Source: an uncultured Lentisphaerales bacterium
GTDB taxonomy: Bacteria; Verrucomicrobiota; Lentisphaeria; JABSQK01; UBA12247
Direction of reading: 5' to 3'
NCBI GenBank assembly: GCA_943788985.1
Contig: CALSSJ010000005.1
Coordinates: 144,066 to 208,065, forward strand
DNA: 64,000 nucleotides
The notes under the pieces were generated by a model. The model was given only the letters and a program-made list of their open reading frames with translations, ran no database searches and was not told where the DNA came from. Positions 19,207 through 29,679 of the stretch are shown one piece after another. The stretch's first letter is position 1. Each line of letters starts with the position of its first letter. The position numbers and the translations under genes were made by a program.

Positions 19207-20931
19207 TTAGCGCATCAACTCGGTGACCTTGTCCTTGAGAATCCGATTTTCGATCTCAAGCCTTGTCAGCCGCGCTGCATCACTCTTCTTGGCTTCGACG
19301 GCTTTTTCAAGCTCTGTATTCTTCTCTTTCAGGTCCGCGAACGTCTTCTGATCCAAGCCAGCGAGCCCCTGAAGCTTCTTGGTCAGGATTCCCGCGCGAG
19401 CTTTGAACTCAGCTGCTTCCTTTCTGGCCGCGAGGAATGCTGCTGGCGGCACTTTCTGGGCACTCGCTAGCTTGGCTTCAAGCGCCATCTTCTGGTCAAG
19501 ATACTCTTTGGCCGCGGCCTCGTGGCCCTTGGCTTTGACGCTGAGAGTGCGGTACTGATCGACCACTGCCTTCAGCTTTCCGTTTGCTGTAGCCAGCTCT
19601 TTGCGCATCGCTGGGATCTGCTTTGCCTGAGCACTGGTCTCCTTCAGGGCTTCCGCGCGTTGCTCAGCCTCGGCTAGTTTTCCCTTAAGTGCTTCACTGC
19701 CTTTCGTGAGCTTCACTTTCTCAACGATCAGCTCCTGCAATTTCCCCTGGAGGACGCCATTTCTGCTGGCAGCCTTGTCGAGGTCAAGTTGGAGCGAGCG
19801 AATGCCAGCTTCGCCGTGGGTTTGAGCCTCGGTCTGCGCGGTCTGCATTTCGGCATTTTCTTTGGTGAGAGCCAGGACTTCGCGCTGTAGTCTCTCATCC
19901 TGTTCCTTCATGGCGTCACGGCCGCTCTGGAGCGTGGCGATTTGCCGCTGCGCGTCCAGGACTTCGCGCTGCAATCGCTCATTCTCTTCCTTCATGGCGT
20001 CACGGCCGCTCTGGAGCGTGGCGATTTGCCGCTGCGCGTCCAGGACTTCGCGCTGCAATCGCTCATTCTGTTCCTTCATGGCGTCACGACCGCTCTGGAG
20101 CGTGGCGATTTGCCGCTGCGCGTCCAATAAGCTCCGCTCTCCCGCTGCCAGCTTCTCGACTTCCCGGCTATCGACCGGCCGCTGGCCAGGCTGGAGCGCA
20201 TCGGGCAGTGGGTGGGCGCGAAGAGAATCCGCAAGATCCCGGGGGGGCTGGGGGCTGGCCCCAGCGGCCATTGCCATTGCCCCGGTGGGGGCCACGGCTT
20301 GAGCCTGCGCGGGTGCTTTATTGCGCAACGTTGGTATTCGCATTGTCAGCGACCCGGTGTCAGTCGGCCGCTCGAGCGATGAGCGTTGCTTGGGCGATAC
20401 TGCAGACTGGGAGCCCGGGGCGTCGACGAGCTCGCCCTGAACCAGCGCGTACGGTAAGCCGGGCGAGTTGGGGAGAACCTTCTTGTTCTCTGGCTCTTCA
20501 CCTGTCGTCCGGGGGCCGGTTCGGATCTTTGGTTTAGTGACGACTGGGGTGCTGCTCGGTGTTCGTGGCGACGGTGCTACCGCCTTCGTTGTGTGATCGG
20601 CTGGCTGAAGGGTGGGGGCCGACTGCCGCGGGAGCACTGGGGGCTTCGGCGGCGCGGGAGCCGTCTTGCCTGGCGGCGCCTTCCGCATGCGCAGGGATTT
20701 CTTCTGCGGGGGCGGCGGCGGAGCCTGGCTCTCTACCGGAGGAGGCTCGCCCGCTGTATCGATGGGTTCGGTGAGCTTAGGAGTCGGCGGCTTGGCCTTG
20801 GCACCCAGTTTGGCCTTGGCACCCGGTTTGGTCTTGGTACCACGCATGAGCGATCGAGTTGGCTTTTTGCCGCTCTTGGACTTAGACGATCCCAGTCGGA
20901 TGGGCCGCTTCTTCTTAGGCTCCTCAGCCAT
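19207..20931 (-). CDS. Lys/Pro-rich disordered N-terminus + long coiled-coil protein
   Basis: ATG at 20931 overlaps the fucI stop (TGATG); the C-terminal half is heptad-rich. Confidence 0.75.
   Translation of the reverse strand: MAEEPKKKRPIRLGSSKSKSGKKPTRSLMRGTKTKPGAKAKLGAKAKPPTPKLTEPIDTAGEPPPVESQAPPPPPQKKSLRMRKAPPGKTAPAPPKPPVLPRQSAPTLQPADHTTKAVAPSPRTPSSTPVVTKPKIRTGPRTTGEEPENKKVLPNSPGLPYALVQGELVDAPGSQSAVSPKQRSSLERPTDTGSLTMRIPTLRNKAPAQAQAVAPTGAMAMAAGASPQPPRDLADSLRAHPLPDALQPGQRPVDSREVEKLAAGERSLLDAQRQIATLQSGRDAMKEQNERLQREVLDAQRQIATLQSGRDAMKEENERLQREVLDAQRQIATLQSGRDAMKEQDERLQREVLALTKENAEMQTAQTEAQTHGEAGIRSLQLDLDKAASRNGVLQGKLQELIVEKVKLTKGSEALKGKLAEAEQRAEALKETSAQAKQIPAMRKELATANGKLKAVVDQYRTLSVKAKGHEAAAKEYLDQKMALEAKLASAQKVPPAAFLAARKEAAEFKARAGILTKKLQGLAGLDQKTFADLKEKNTELEKAVEAKKSDAARLTRLEIENRILKDKVTELMR
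19873..20126. repeat. Three tandem 84 bp in-frame repeats (28 aa each)
   Basis: Units start at 19873, 19957 and 20041 and encode DAQRQIATLQSGRDAMKE(Q/E)(N/D)ERLQREVL. Confidence 0.95.
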
Positions 20932-22770
20932 CAGGCGTATACCGGTCCCAGATGTTCGCAAGCGCGAAAATCGTCGCCACCAAATCGATCCCACATGCTC
21001 GGACGGAAGATTTCCTCGTCCGCGATATTGTGGAAGTCTACCGGGATTCGCAGCATGGCGTTGATGGTGATGAGGTCGGCACCGATCAGACCGAATGAAT
21101 TAGCATCATGATTCGGTCCCATGGCAGACATGTACTCGAACGAGGTCATGCCGTATGGCGCCCAGTAGCTCTCGGGCCAAGTCGGGTTCGTGACCTCGGA
21201 AATCTTGTCCTCGACCTCAGTGGGCAACGACACCGTTTCGCCCTCCACAATAGAGACGCTGAGCTTCTGCCCAACGGTGTTGTAGCGGTATGCTGTCATG
21301 GGGACTCCGCCGGGTGTTCGATAATGGCTGGAGAGGCCATCGCCTGGAAAATATTCGAGGATAGCTGCCATGTAATGGGTGCCGCCACAGGCGGCGTCGA
21401 TCAGCCTCTGCTGCAATTCCTTATCGCCACGAATCGCGCGTGATACCTCGTGCGGCGCTAAATCGTGGTCTGGGGCGACGAGGCCGATCACGTCGACCGC
21501 GAAGTCCAGCGATGCGGCACCGGAGTTTCGCTTATCGATCAGGCCGCGAGGCACCAACGCCTCGACATCAACACCGGTCACTTTCTGGATGCTTTCCGGT
21601 GTCCAGTTCGTGCGAATGTCGGCGAACAACTGCGGCAGGCCTGTGAGCAGCTGGGCGACCAGCATGCCGAGCGCATTTTTGCAGTCGTTCTCGGTGGCCA
21701 CGACGTAGGGCTCGCGCGGGCCATCCCAGTCAAATGAGGTCGTGAGAATAGACTCGGTCAGGTCAAAGTTCGGATACAGATCCGTCCACTGGCGTTGGCC
21801 TTGGGTGCCAGCTGCGATGGCGTTGTAGCCCTGCGCATGTTCGACGTCAGCGGTGAAGCCCTGCGCCTTACCGACTGCCGGGTCGGCAAGCCGTGGATTA
21901 CCCACCATCATGTCCCGGACAATGAGTGTCATCTTGATCGACTCGGCGAGCAGGTCGTCGTCGCACTTCGGGCCGTTGTCGTTGAACGTGAACTCGAAGC
22001 TTTTCTTGAACCAGGCGAAGGCGCGGTCAAACTCTTCGTGGTCGTAGAGGTTGTGGTCGATGCGCCCGCGAATGGCCACCATGTCGACAAATACCGAGCC
22101 CATGCCGAAGTATTTCAGCAGCACGTTACGGACGACATCGCTGCCGATGATTCCCATGGATACGCCGCCGACACTTAAGTAGTTCTTACCGCGCATTTCG
22201 GAGACTGCTGCGGCGCAACGGGTAAACCGCTGCAGCCGCTCAGCGACGAATGGTGCCAGTTCGCCTTCTTCGCCTTCGAGATCTGGGTTATAGATCTTGA
22301 AGATCGGACGTTCCTTCTCATCCATTGCCGCGCAGAATGCCTGCAACCAGACAGCGCCGGGGCGATCTGTCTGATTCAAGCCATACGCAGCCTGGTGCCA
22401 TTCTGTGCTGCCAATGCCTTGGCATGCGGACATCAGCTCGTCGCTGTAGGCCCAAGAGCGGCTGATCCAGATGTTTGCGGACACGCCTTCGCGTAAGTAG
22501 TGCTCCTGTGCCAGGGCCCCAGTCCGGGCGCCATAGACAATCTCTGGCGGTGTTACCAGGCGAATCGGCGTGCCATCGGGAAGCTGCACATCCTTCAACA
22601 GGTTGTACACCGCGTTCGACCAACTGCCAGGTGCCTTCGACGTTGCCTTCATAGGCACCAGTCCGCCCGTCAACGACTGGCGTGAGGGCGATGGTAGGAA
22701 CATGTCCGACAAGACGACGGGAAGATGATTGGAAGGAGCGGACCGAGGAGGCCAGAGCAGAGAAGTCCAT
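20931..22770 (-). CDS. fucI: L-fucose isomerase, with one frameshift near 22615
   Basis: The N-terminus PTIALTPVVDGR is in the 22770 frame. The rest is in the 22832 frame: RPGAVWL, GGVSMGI, QGQRQWTD, ATEND, FADIRT, GPNH. Confidence 0.88.
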
Positions 22771-22984
22771 GAAAGCAGCTCTTTAGATAAAGGGAATTTA
22801 AGGGGTTCAAGCGCTAAAAACAATGCCAGCAAATTTCAGGACCGCAATCGCAAAAAGTGCCAAATATCTCCGAGGCGACTGCGGCAGCCAGCGGGGGCGT
22901 TGGCGTGGCCGGGAGTCAGGAAGCTGTCGATCCTGTTCGGTGGGGGCAGGGATACCGATCCGGCGGAAATCCCCGCGGTACCAA

Positions 22985-23212
22985 TCTTCAACGTTTTCGT
23001 CAGCAAAGGGGGCAACTTTCGCGGTGTACACGACTCTTTCGGGGGGCCCAGGTGGACGATAGGGGTGGGCGATTCCATGGGACCACGCCTTCAATCTCTC
23101 TCCTCAACCCGATCCGATACGAGGTGTGTAGGAGGACGAGCGGTAGCGGTTCCATTTTTCGGCCGGGCCGTGCGGAAAATCATTGCCCAGGCGGAGTGCC
23201 CCGATCAAGATC
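22985..23212 (-). pseudogene. Decayed fragment of an unidentified gene, copy B (homologous to 8165-8410)
   Basis: Translates across indels as [16 protein letters not shown]...PPTHLVSDRVEE...AWSHGIAHPYRPPGPPERVVYTAKVAPFADE. Confidence 0.6.
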
Positions 23213-23515
23213 CTTTGCGGCAGGAAACTCAAGGCGAGCGCAGAGCGCTTGCAACTCACCGTGGATGCTCAGTCGCTTCCCCGCCGCGACTTCGCGCCTG
23301 CGAGAATGCAGACGGCACGCCTTGTAACGTTACAGTGATTGGCGAGGAAACGTAGGATCTCCTTGTTCGCTTTCCCCGTCCACGGGCAGGGCTGCGAGCC
23401 GGAGCTTAAGGGCGTCGCCATGACACCCAGCAAACTCCGTGCGCTTTGCGCCCGCCTGAACATGGGATAAAAGCTCAATTCCTTGTTCAGTCAGACGCAG
23501 GTGCGCAGTGGTCAC
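23180..23515 (-). CDS. DUF167 (YggU/UPF0235) family protein with two apparent frameshifts
   Basis: HVQAGAKR...[12 protein letters not shown] | [11 protein letters not shown]...ILAGAKSR | KRLSI. Both shifts fall at C runs (~23375 and ~23280). The GTG start overlaps the leuS stop. Confidence 0.8.
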
Positions 23516-26202
23516 GTGGCGACGATGTTCACCAGGCGGCCAGGAACGCAAATCACCTTCCGTACGGTCAGGCCAGCGATCGCAGCTTGCACGTCCTCAT
23601 GAGCCAGCGCCGTTTCCTCCATGGTCTTGGCATCGGCAGTCGGCGGCAAGACGATACGCGCCTTGGGTTTGCCCTTGATCTGGACCAGAATCTCCACCTC
23701 GTCCACGGCAGCCAGGGACTCGTCGAACACTGGCCAAGGCTCGTAGGCCAAGGTATCTGGATTGCCCAGGCGCTGCCAGATTTCTTCGGCCAGGTGAGGC
23801 GCGAACGGCGAGACCAGCTTTAGAAAATCCACCATCACCTCACGGTTCAACTGCTCCGCGCCAGAGAAAGCGTTGACAAAGATCATCAGCTGGCTGATGC
23901 CAGTATTGAAGTCCATCGACTCGATGTCCTTGGTCACCTTCCGGATGGTCTGGTGCAGAACGCGTTGCTGCTCACGCGTTGCGGGCTGGTCATTCAGATG
24001 CGCGTGACAGGTCCCTTCGATTGCGATAAACAACCGCCAGACGCGCTGCAAGAACCGATTGACCCCAGCCAGGCTCTCCGTATTCCACGGCTTCGCCGCC
24101 TGTAGCGGGCCCATGAACATCTCGTAAAGACGCAATGTATCGGCACCGAACTCGTCGACCACGTCGTCGGGATTGACCACATTCTTGAGCGTCTTACTCA
24201 TCTTCGCCACGATCTGCTTGAGCTGCTGGCCAGTTTCGATGTGGAAGTAGTTGTTGTCGCGCGTTTCGACCAGATCAGACGCCACTTTGGAGCCGACCGA
24301 ATCTTCGTAGGCGTGAGCCAGAATCATGCCCTGATTGAACAGCTTCTGGAATGGCTCATCGGTACTGACGTGGCCCAGGTCAAACAAGACTTTATGCCAG
24401 AACCGTGAATACAGCAGATGCAGCACCGCGTGCTCCGCGCCGCCGACATACAGGTCTACCGGCATCCAGTACTTCTCGACCTCCGCATCCCAGGCTGCGC
24501 TATCATTTTTCGGGTCCATGTAGCGCAGGTAGTACCAGCAGGAGCCAGCCCATTGCGGCATGGTGTTGGTCTCGCGGCGGCCCTTGCGCCCGGTTGCCGG
24601 ATCTACGACGTCGAGCCAGTCGCCGGAATTTGCCAACGGGGATTCGCCACCTTCACCCGGGATGTACTCTTGCAGGTCTGGCAAGGTGAGTGGCAGATCG
24701 TCTACGTCTACCAGCGAGATCTCGCCGTCTTCCCAGTGAATGATCGGGAACGGCTCGCCCCAGTACCGCTGCCGGCTGAACAGCCAGTCTCGCAGTTTGT
24801 AGTTCACCGTCGCTTCGCCCAAGCCCCGAGCCCCCAGCCAGTCGATGACCGTGGCGATGCCATCGGCCTTTGACTTGCCGTTGATATCTAGGCCTTCTGC
24901 ATCATTCGCCGACGAAATATAGACCCCATCCGCGGTCCAGCAGGCCGCGCCAGTCAGCACCTGGTTGCGGAGTTCGCAATCCTCGGTATCTGGCATCATG
25001 ATGCAGCGAATCGGCAGCTTGAACATCTTGGCAAACTCGAAGTCACGTGAGTCATGCGCCGGAACGGCCATGATGGCCCCAGTGCCGTAGTCCATCAGTA
25101 CGTAGTCCGCGACCCAGATCGGGATGCGCTCGCCGTCGACCGGGTTGATCGCGTACGAGCCAGTGAAGACGCCGCTTTTTTCTTGCGCCAGCTCGGTGCG
25201 GTCCAGATCAGACTTCAACGCCGCGGCGCTGCAATAGGCAGTGACCGCCTCCGCTTGCTCGTCGCTGGTGAGTGTGGCCAGCGACGGATGTTCCGGCGCC
25301 ACGACCATGTACGTGGCCCCGAACAGCGTGTCGGGCCGAGTCGTGTAGACGCGCAGCTTGCCGTCGCCCTCCGCGAGCGCAAAGTCCACCTCCGCGCCCG
25401 TGCTACGGCCAATCCAGTTGCGCTGCATGTCTTTGATGCCTGCCGGCCAGTCGACTGATTGCAGGCCAGCCAACAGCCGTTCTGCGTAATGCGGAATCCG
25501 CAACATCCACTGCTTGAGAAAGCGACGCTCGACTTCTTTGCTGCCGCATTTCTCGTGCGAGCCATCGTTCTGCACTTCTTCGTTGGCGCAGACCGTCCGA
25601 CATTGACGGCACCACCAAACTTGGGCATCATCATAATACGCGAGCCGGTGTTCGCCGCGATAGTCGCGCACGGCTTCGGCGCCTTGCGCCTCGACTTCGG
25701 CCGGTATCGGCAGCTCCTGGATCGGGCGGCCGCGCTGCGCGTCGGCATCAAACCAGGTGCTGTACAGCTGGGTAAAGATCCACTGGGTCCACTTCAAGTA
25801 GTCTGGCTGCGTCGTGTTTACCTCGCGATCCCAGTCATAGGAGAAGCCCAGTGCCTGGATCTGCCGGCGGAACGTATCGCAGTTCTTCTTGGTGGTGATG
25901 GCCGGGTGGGTCCCGGTCTGGATCGCGTATTGCTCGGCTGGCAGGCCGAACGCGTCCCAGCCCATTGGGTGCAGGACGTTGTAGCCGCGCATCCGTTTAT
26001 AGCGGCACCAGATATCGGTGGCGGTGTAGCCTTCCGGATGGCCGACATGCAGGCCCGCGCCGCTTGGGTACGGAAACATGTCCAGGACGTAGAGCTTCTC
26101 TTTTCCATGATCGACATCAGCCTTAAAGGTCTTATTCTGCACCCAGAACTGCTGCCATTTTGGCTCAATGTCGGCCGGGGAATATCGTCCCTTGCTGCTC
26201 AT
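23512..26202 (-). CDS. leuS: Leucine--tRNA ligase
   Basis: [42 protein letters not shown] (KMSKS-like). Confidence 0.99.
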   Translation of the reverse strand: MSSKGRYSPADIEPKWQQFWVQNKTFKADVDHGKEKLYVLDMFPYPSGAGLHVGHPEGYTATDIWCRYKRMRGYNVLHPMGWDAFGLPAEQYAIQTGTHPAITTKKNCDTFRRQIQALGFSYDWDREVNTTQPDYLKWTQWIFTQLYSTWFDADAQRGRPIQELPIPAEVEAQGAEAVRDYRGEHRLAYYDDAQVWWCRQCRTVCANEEVQNDGSHEKCGSKEVERRFLKQWMLRIPHYAERLLAGLQSVDWPAGIKDMQRNWIGRSTGAEVDFALAEGDGKLRVYTTRPDTLFGATYMVVAPEHPSLATLTSDEQAEAVTAYCSAAALKSDLDRTELAQEKSGVFTGSYAINPVDGERIPIWVADYVLMDYGTGAIMAVPAHDSRDFEFAKMFKLPIRCIMMPDTEDCELRNQVLTGAACWTADGVYISSANDAEGLDINGKSKADGIATVIDWLGARGLGEATVNYKLRDWLFSRQRYWGEPFPIIHWEDGEISLVDVDDLPLTLPDLQEYIPGEGGESPLANSGDWLDVVDPATGRKGRRETNTMPQWAGSCWYYLRYMDPKNDSAAWDAEVEKYWMPVDLYVGGAEHAVLHLLYSRFWHKVLFDLGHVSTDEPFQKLFNQGMILAHAYEDSVGSKVASDLVETRDNNYFHIETGQQLKQIVAKMSKTLKNVVNPDDVVDEFGADTLRLYEMFMGPLQAAKPWNTESLAGVNRFLQRVWRLFIAIEGTCHAHLNDQPATREQQRVLHQTIRKVTKDIESMDFNTGISQLMIFVNAFSGAEQLNREVMVDFLKLVSPFAPHLAEEIWQRLGNPDTLAYEPWPVFDESLAAVDEVEILVQIKGKPKARIVLPPTADAKTMEETALAHEDVQAAIAGLTVRKVICVPGRLVNIVAT

Positions 26203-26342
26203 CTGCGTCTCTCCATCTATCCTAAACTAGCACAAGTACTCTACCGCGAGCGAGTCACGAGCATGGCGCAGTGAATTCGCACCCGCTGCAAAGGCGATTA
26301 TGCTACTGCTTGAGCCATCAGACGAAGCGGGAAGAAGATCAG

Positions 26343-27152
26343 GTGAGTGAAGCTAAAATCCATTCTACAGCCGTAATTTCGGCAGAAGCGCAGATAGATC
26401 CCACGGTCTCAATCGGCCCGTATTCGGTCGTGGAAGGTCCAGTTCAGCTGGCGGCGGGCTGTGTCGTTGGTCCGCATTGCTACCTTTCCGGGCATACCCT
26501 GATCGGTGAGAATACCCAGATTTTCAAAGGGGCATCGGTGGGCGACGTGCCTCAGGATCACAGTTTTGCCTCCGGGACGGTCAGCTACACGGAGATCGGT
26601 GCGAACTGCGCAATTCGCGAGTACGTGACCATTCACCGGGCGGCAGACGAGGGCGGTCGCACCGTGATCGGGGACCACTGCATGATCATGGCCTGCACCC
26701 ATGTCGCCCACAACTGCCTGCTCGCAGACCACGTCAACGTGGCCAATAACGTGATTTTGGCCGGGCACATCGAGGTGGGCCCCCGGGCCTTCATCAGTGG
26801 AGCCGTGGTGATGCAGCAGTTCGTGCGCGTTGGCACGCTGGCCATGGTCGGCGCCCAGGCGCGGATCCCCAAAGACATCCCGCCCTACTGCATGATCGGC
26901 AAGGGCAGCGTAGTCTCCGGGGCCAACGTGATCGGTCTTAAGCGCGCCGAGATTGGCCCCAGCGCGCGCAAAGCCATTCGCAGTGCGCTGCGCCAGATCT
27001 ACTTCAGTGCCGACACCCTACCGACCCAGGCCGTAGAGCAGGTTGCCGCGGAGTTCGCAGACTGCCCAGAAGTACAGGTGTTGGTCGAATTTATTCGCAG
27101 CGCCAAGCGCGGGACGATGGCGGCAAGACGAGGGCCGCGGGACGACGCGTGA
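26343..27152 (+). CDS. lpxA: Acyl-ACP--UDP-N-acetylglucosamine O-acyltransferase
   Basis: Hexapeptide repeats, PQD, IREYVTIHR, HVAHNC, KDIPPY, NVIGLKR. GTG start at 26343. Confidence 0.9.
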   Translation: MSEAKIHSTAVISAEAQIDPTVSIGPYSVVEGPVQLAAGCVVGPHCYLSGHTLIGENTQIFKGASVGDVPQDHSFASGTVSYTEIGANCAIREYVTIHRAADEGGRTVIGDHCMIMACTHVAHNCLLADHVNVANNVILAGHIEVGPRAFISGAVVMQQFVRVGTLAMVGAQARIPKDIPPYCMIGKGSVVSGANVIGLKRAEIGPSARKAIRSALRQIYFSADTLPTQAVEQVAAEFADCPEVQVLVEFIRSAKRGTMAARRGPRDDA

Positions 27153-28198
27153 CCGCGGAGTCACACAAGGCCAGGTTGATCCTTGAGGCAAAGCAGCAAG
27201 GCTTCGAGCTGGCTCGTGTTGCGGACCCCGCGCTCCTGCCCATTCACCAAGAGACGCTAGATCGCTGGCTTGCCGCCGGGATGCATGGCGAGATGCACTA
27301 CCTGAACAAACGTGCGAACTCCGCAATCGGCCTCGACGCCATCCTGCCCGGCACTCAAAGTGTGCTAGTGCTGGGGGCTAACTATTTCCACGGCGAGCCT
27401 GATCCGCCTACTGAGACCAGCGGCCGAGTCAGCGAATACGCGCGGACGCGTGACTACCACAAAAGCATAAAGGCCCGGCTCAAGCGCATGGACCGGATCG
27501 TGCAGGAACTCGGCGGGGCCAGCCGCTATTATGTGGACACCGGCCCGGTTTTCGAACGAGGATTTGCGGAGTCCGCAGGACTCGGCTATGTGGGCAAGAA
27601 TACGTGCGTGATCACGCAGGAGTTTGGCTCTTGGGTGTTTCTGGCCGTGATGTTTCTCACCCTCGAGCTGCCCGCAGACCAAAACGCCCTCAAGCTCTCT
27701 TGCGGCAGCTGTCGGCGCTGCCTGGACATCTGCCCGACTCAGGCCATCGGTGAGGATCTGACTGTGGACGCGCGCCGCTGCATCTCCTATCTTACGATTG
27801 AGTCTCGAGGCCCGATCCCGCTGGAATTGCGCGAGGGAATGGGCGAATGGGTGTTCGGCTGTGACCTGTGCCAGGACGTCTGCCCGCACAATCATCGTGC
27901 GAACCTCGCAGCTACCCCAGATTTCTCTACGCCGCGGCTGCCTTCCCAGGTGCCGCTGCGCAGCATCCTCGAGATTGCCGATGATGCAGAATTCCTGGCT
28001 CGTTTTGCCGGGACACCGCTGATGCGGGCCAAGCGCGTAGGGCTGTTGCGAAACGCCTGTGTCGCTGCTGGCAATTCTGGAGACGCGTCGCTGATTCCGC
28101 TATTGTCGGAGGTGGCTGAAAGGGAGGGAGACCTTGTGGCCGAGCATGCCTTGTGGGCGATCGCGCAATTGAGTAGCCGGAGTGGCGATCTGCGCTAG
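27149..28198 (+). CDS. queG: Epoxyqueuosine reductase
   Basis: GMHGEMHYL, DYH, VDTGPVFER, CGSCRRCLDICPT, CISYLTIE, GCDLCQDVCP. Confidence 0.96.
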   Translation: MTAESHKARLILEAKQQGFELARVADPALLPIHQETLDRWLAAGMHGEMHYLNKRANSAIGLDAILPGTQSVLVLGANYFHGEPDPPTETSGRVSEYARTRDYHKSIKARLKRMDRIVQELGGASRYYVDTGPVFERGFAESAGLGYVGKNTCVITQEFGSWVFLAVMFLTLELPADQNALKLSCGSCRRCLDICPTQAIGEDLTVDARRCISYLTIESRGPIPLELREGMGEWVFGCDLCQDVCPHNHRANLAATPDFSTPRLPSQVPLRSILEIADDAEFLARFAGTPLMRAKRVGLLRNACVAAGNSGDASLIPLLSEVAEREGDLVAEHALWAIAQLSSRSGDLR

Positions 28199-28285
28199 TG
28201 TCAGCGACTTATTGGCCGACTCAAGACTTGTTCAGGATGGTACACCTCATGCAGTGCTCAGTGTACAACCGCACAGAGCTAAACC

Positions 28286-28957
28286 GTGGCTGATTCATTT
28301 CGCTTCTCGCCGGGTGCCAGGCGCATCCCTCAGCAGACCAGCGCCGAGCTAAAAGACCTTGGGCTCGCGGTTCTGATCGAGCTAGACACCGGTGCCCATG
28401 AGCGCGCTGGCGAGCTACTCAAAAAATACCTGGACGCGCGCGGGGATCCCAATCTCAAGGCGCCGAATGTGCAGGCGATGTCGCTGTTGCACTACTGCTC
28501 GCTTGAGGGAATGATCACTCAAGTGACCCAACTCCTCCGGGCCAACGCCTCGCTCGGCGCCCGTGACCGGCGGGGCATGACCGCCTTGCATGCGGCGACT
28601 GTGGGGCAGCACAATGACGTTGCTGAACTCCTGTTGCTCGCAGGGGTGAAAGCCGATACTGCTTCGCTAACTGGCCTTACCGCCATGCATTTGGCCGCCG
28701 TGGACGGGAGTGAGACCATCATCAAGATGCTCCTCGACGTCGGGGCAAATACCAACGTGCAAAACTACCTGGGCTGGACGCCGTTGCACTGCGCCATCTC
28801 CATGGACCAGCTCGACCTGCTGCCCATTTTGCTGAAGGGTGGGGCGAAACCAGATATCGCGGACAAGGCAGGGCGCCTTCCATTCGAATCCACCACCAGT
28901 GATGCGTCCCGCCAGCGCCTGGTGGAAATCCTCGAGCCTCTTGGCATCTCGCTGTGA
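28286..28957 (+). CDS. Ankyrin repeat protein
   Basis: Four repeats: SLLH, GMTALH, GLTAMH, GWTPLH. Confidence 0.9.
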   Translation: MADSFRFSPGARRIPQQTSAELKDLGLAVLIELDTGAHERAGELLKKYLDARGDPNLKAPNVQAMSLLHYCSLEGMITQVTQLLRANASLGARDRRGMTALHAATVGQHNDVAELLLLAGVKADTASLTGLTAMHLAAVDGSETIIKMLLDVGANTNVQNYLGWTPLHCAISMDQLDLLPILLKGGAKPDIADKAGRLPFESTTSDASRQRLVEILEPLGISL

Positions 28958-29565
28958 TCGAAAGTAGCGACCCCACTCGCAATCGGCAGCTCGCTTTCTT
29001 CAAGGAGATAGACGCGGTCAAGCTGATTCAACGGCAGACCGTACTGATGGATGGCAGCCGCCGCGAAAATGACGCAGAGCATTCCTGGCATCTGGCGATC
29101 ATGGTCTGGCTCCTTGCGGAGTCCGCAGGCCAGAAACTGGATCTCGCCCGGATGATGCAGATGGCGCTCATCCATGACATCGTCGAGATCGACGCTGGCG
29201 ACACCTTTTGCTACGACGAAGAGGGCCGCAAGACCCAGTATGCGCGGGAGTGCAAAGCCGCCGACCGTATCTACGCGATCCTACCAGAGCAGCAGGGCAG
29301 CCGCCTGCGCGAGCTCTGGGATGAGTTTGAAGCGCGCGAGACGCCAGAAAGCAAGTTCGTGGCCGCCGTCGACCGCATGCAGCCGCTGTTACATAATCTC
29401 TGCACCGACGGGCAGGCCTGGCGGAAACATGGCGTGAAACGTGAGCAGGTCCTGGAACGAAACGCGCCGATTGCCGATGCTCTGCCCGATTGGTGGGAGG
29501 AAATTCAGGCCTGGCTCAAACCCACATTTGACGAGCTGGAGCGAGAAAGTGAGCCAGAAAGCTGA
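28954..29565 (+). CDS. HD-domain phosphohydrolase (HD_3, YfbR/HDDC2-like)
   Basis: ENDAEHSWH, HDIVEIDAGD, LWDEFE, DRMQP. Confidence 0.92.
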   Translation: MIESSDPTRNRQLAFFKEIDAVKLIQRQTVLMDGSRRENDAEHSWHLAIMVWLLAESAGQKLDLARMMQMALIHDIVEIDAGDTFCYDEEGRKTQYARECKAADRIYAILPEQQGSRLRELWDEFEARETPESKFVAAVDRMQPLLHNLCTDGQAWRKHGVKREQVLERNAPIADALPDWWEEIQAWLKPTFDELERESEPES

Positions 29566-29679
29566 GACGCGCCTCCCGCCAAAGACGCCCGCCAAAACCG
29601 GTCTCACCGGAGAATAAGTGGCGGTGCGCAGAACCTACGATAGCTTTCGAGTACCATCGACCGCCTTGGAATCATCATC

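Noticed and set aside
19873..20126. CRISPR array
   Set aside because: Contiguous in-frame coding repeats with no spacers and no cas genes.
22770..22832. N-terminus MLALFLALEP... given for fucI by the ORF track
   Set aside because: The fucI-like start (PTIALTPVVDGR) lies in another frame beginning at 22770.
8165..23212. Template/variable repeat pair of a diversity-generating retroelement
   Set aside because: Differences between the two copies are not adenine-specific, include indels, and no reverse transcriptase is in the window.
25459..26274. 271-aa plus-strand ORF
   Set aside because: Antisense shadow of leuS.
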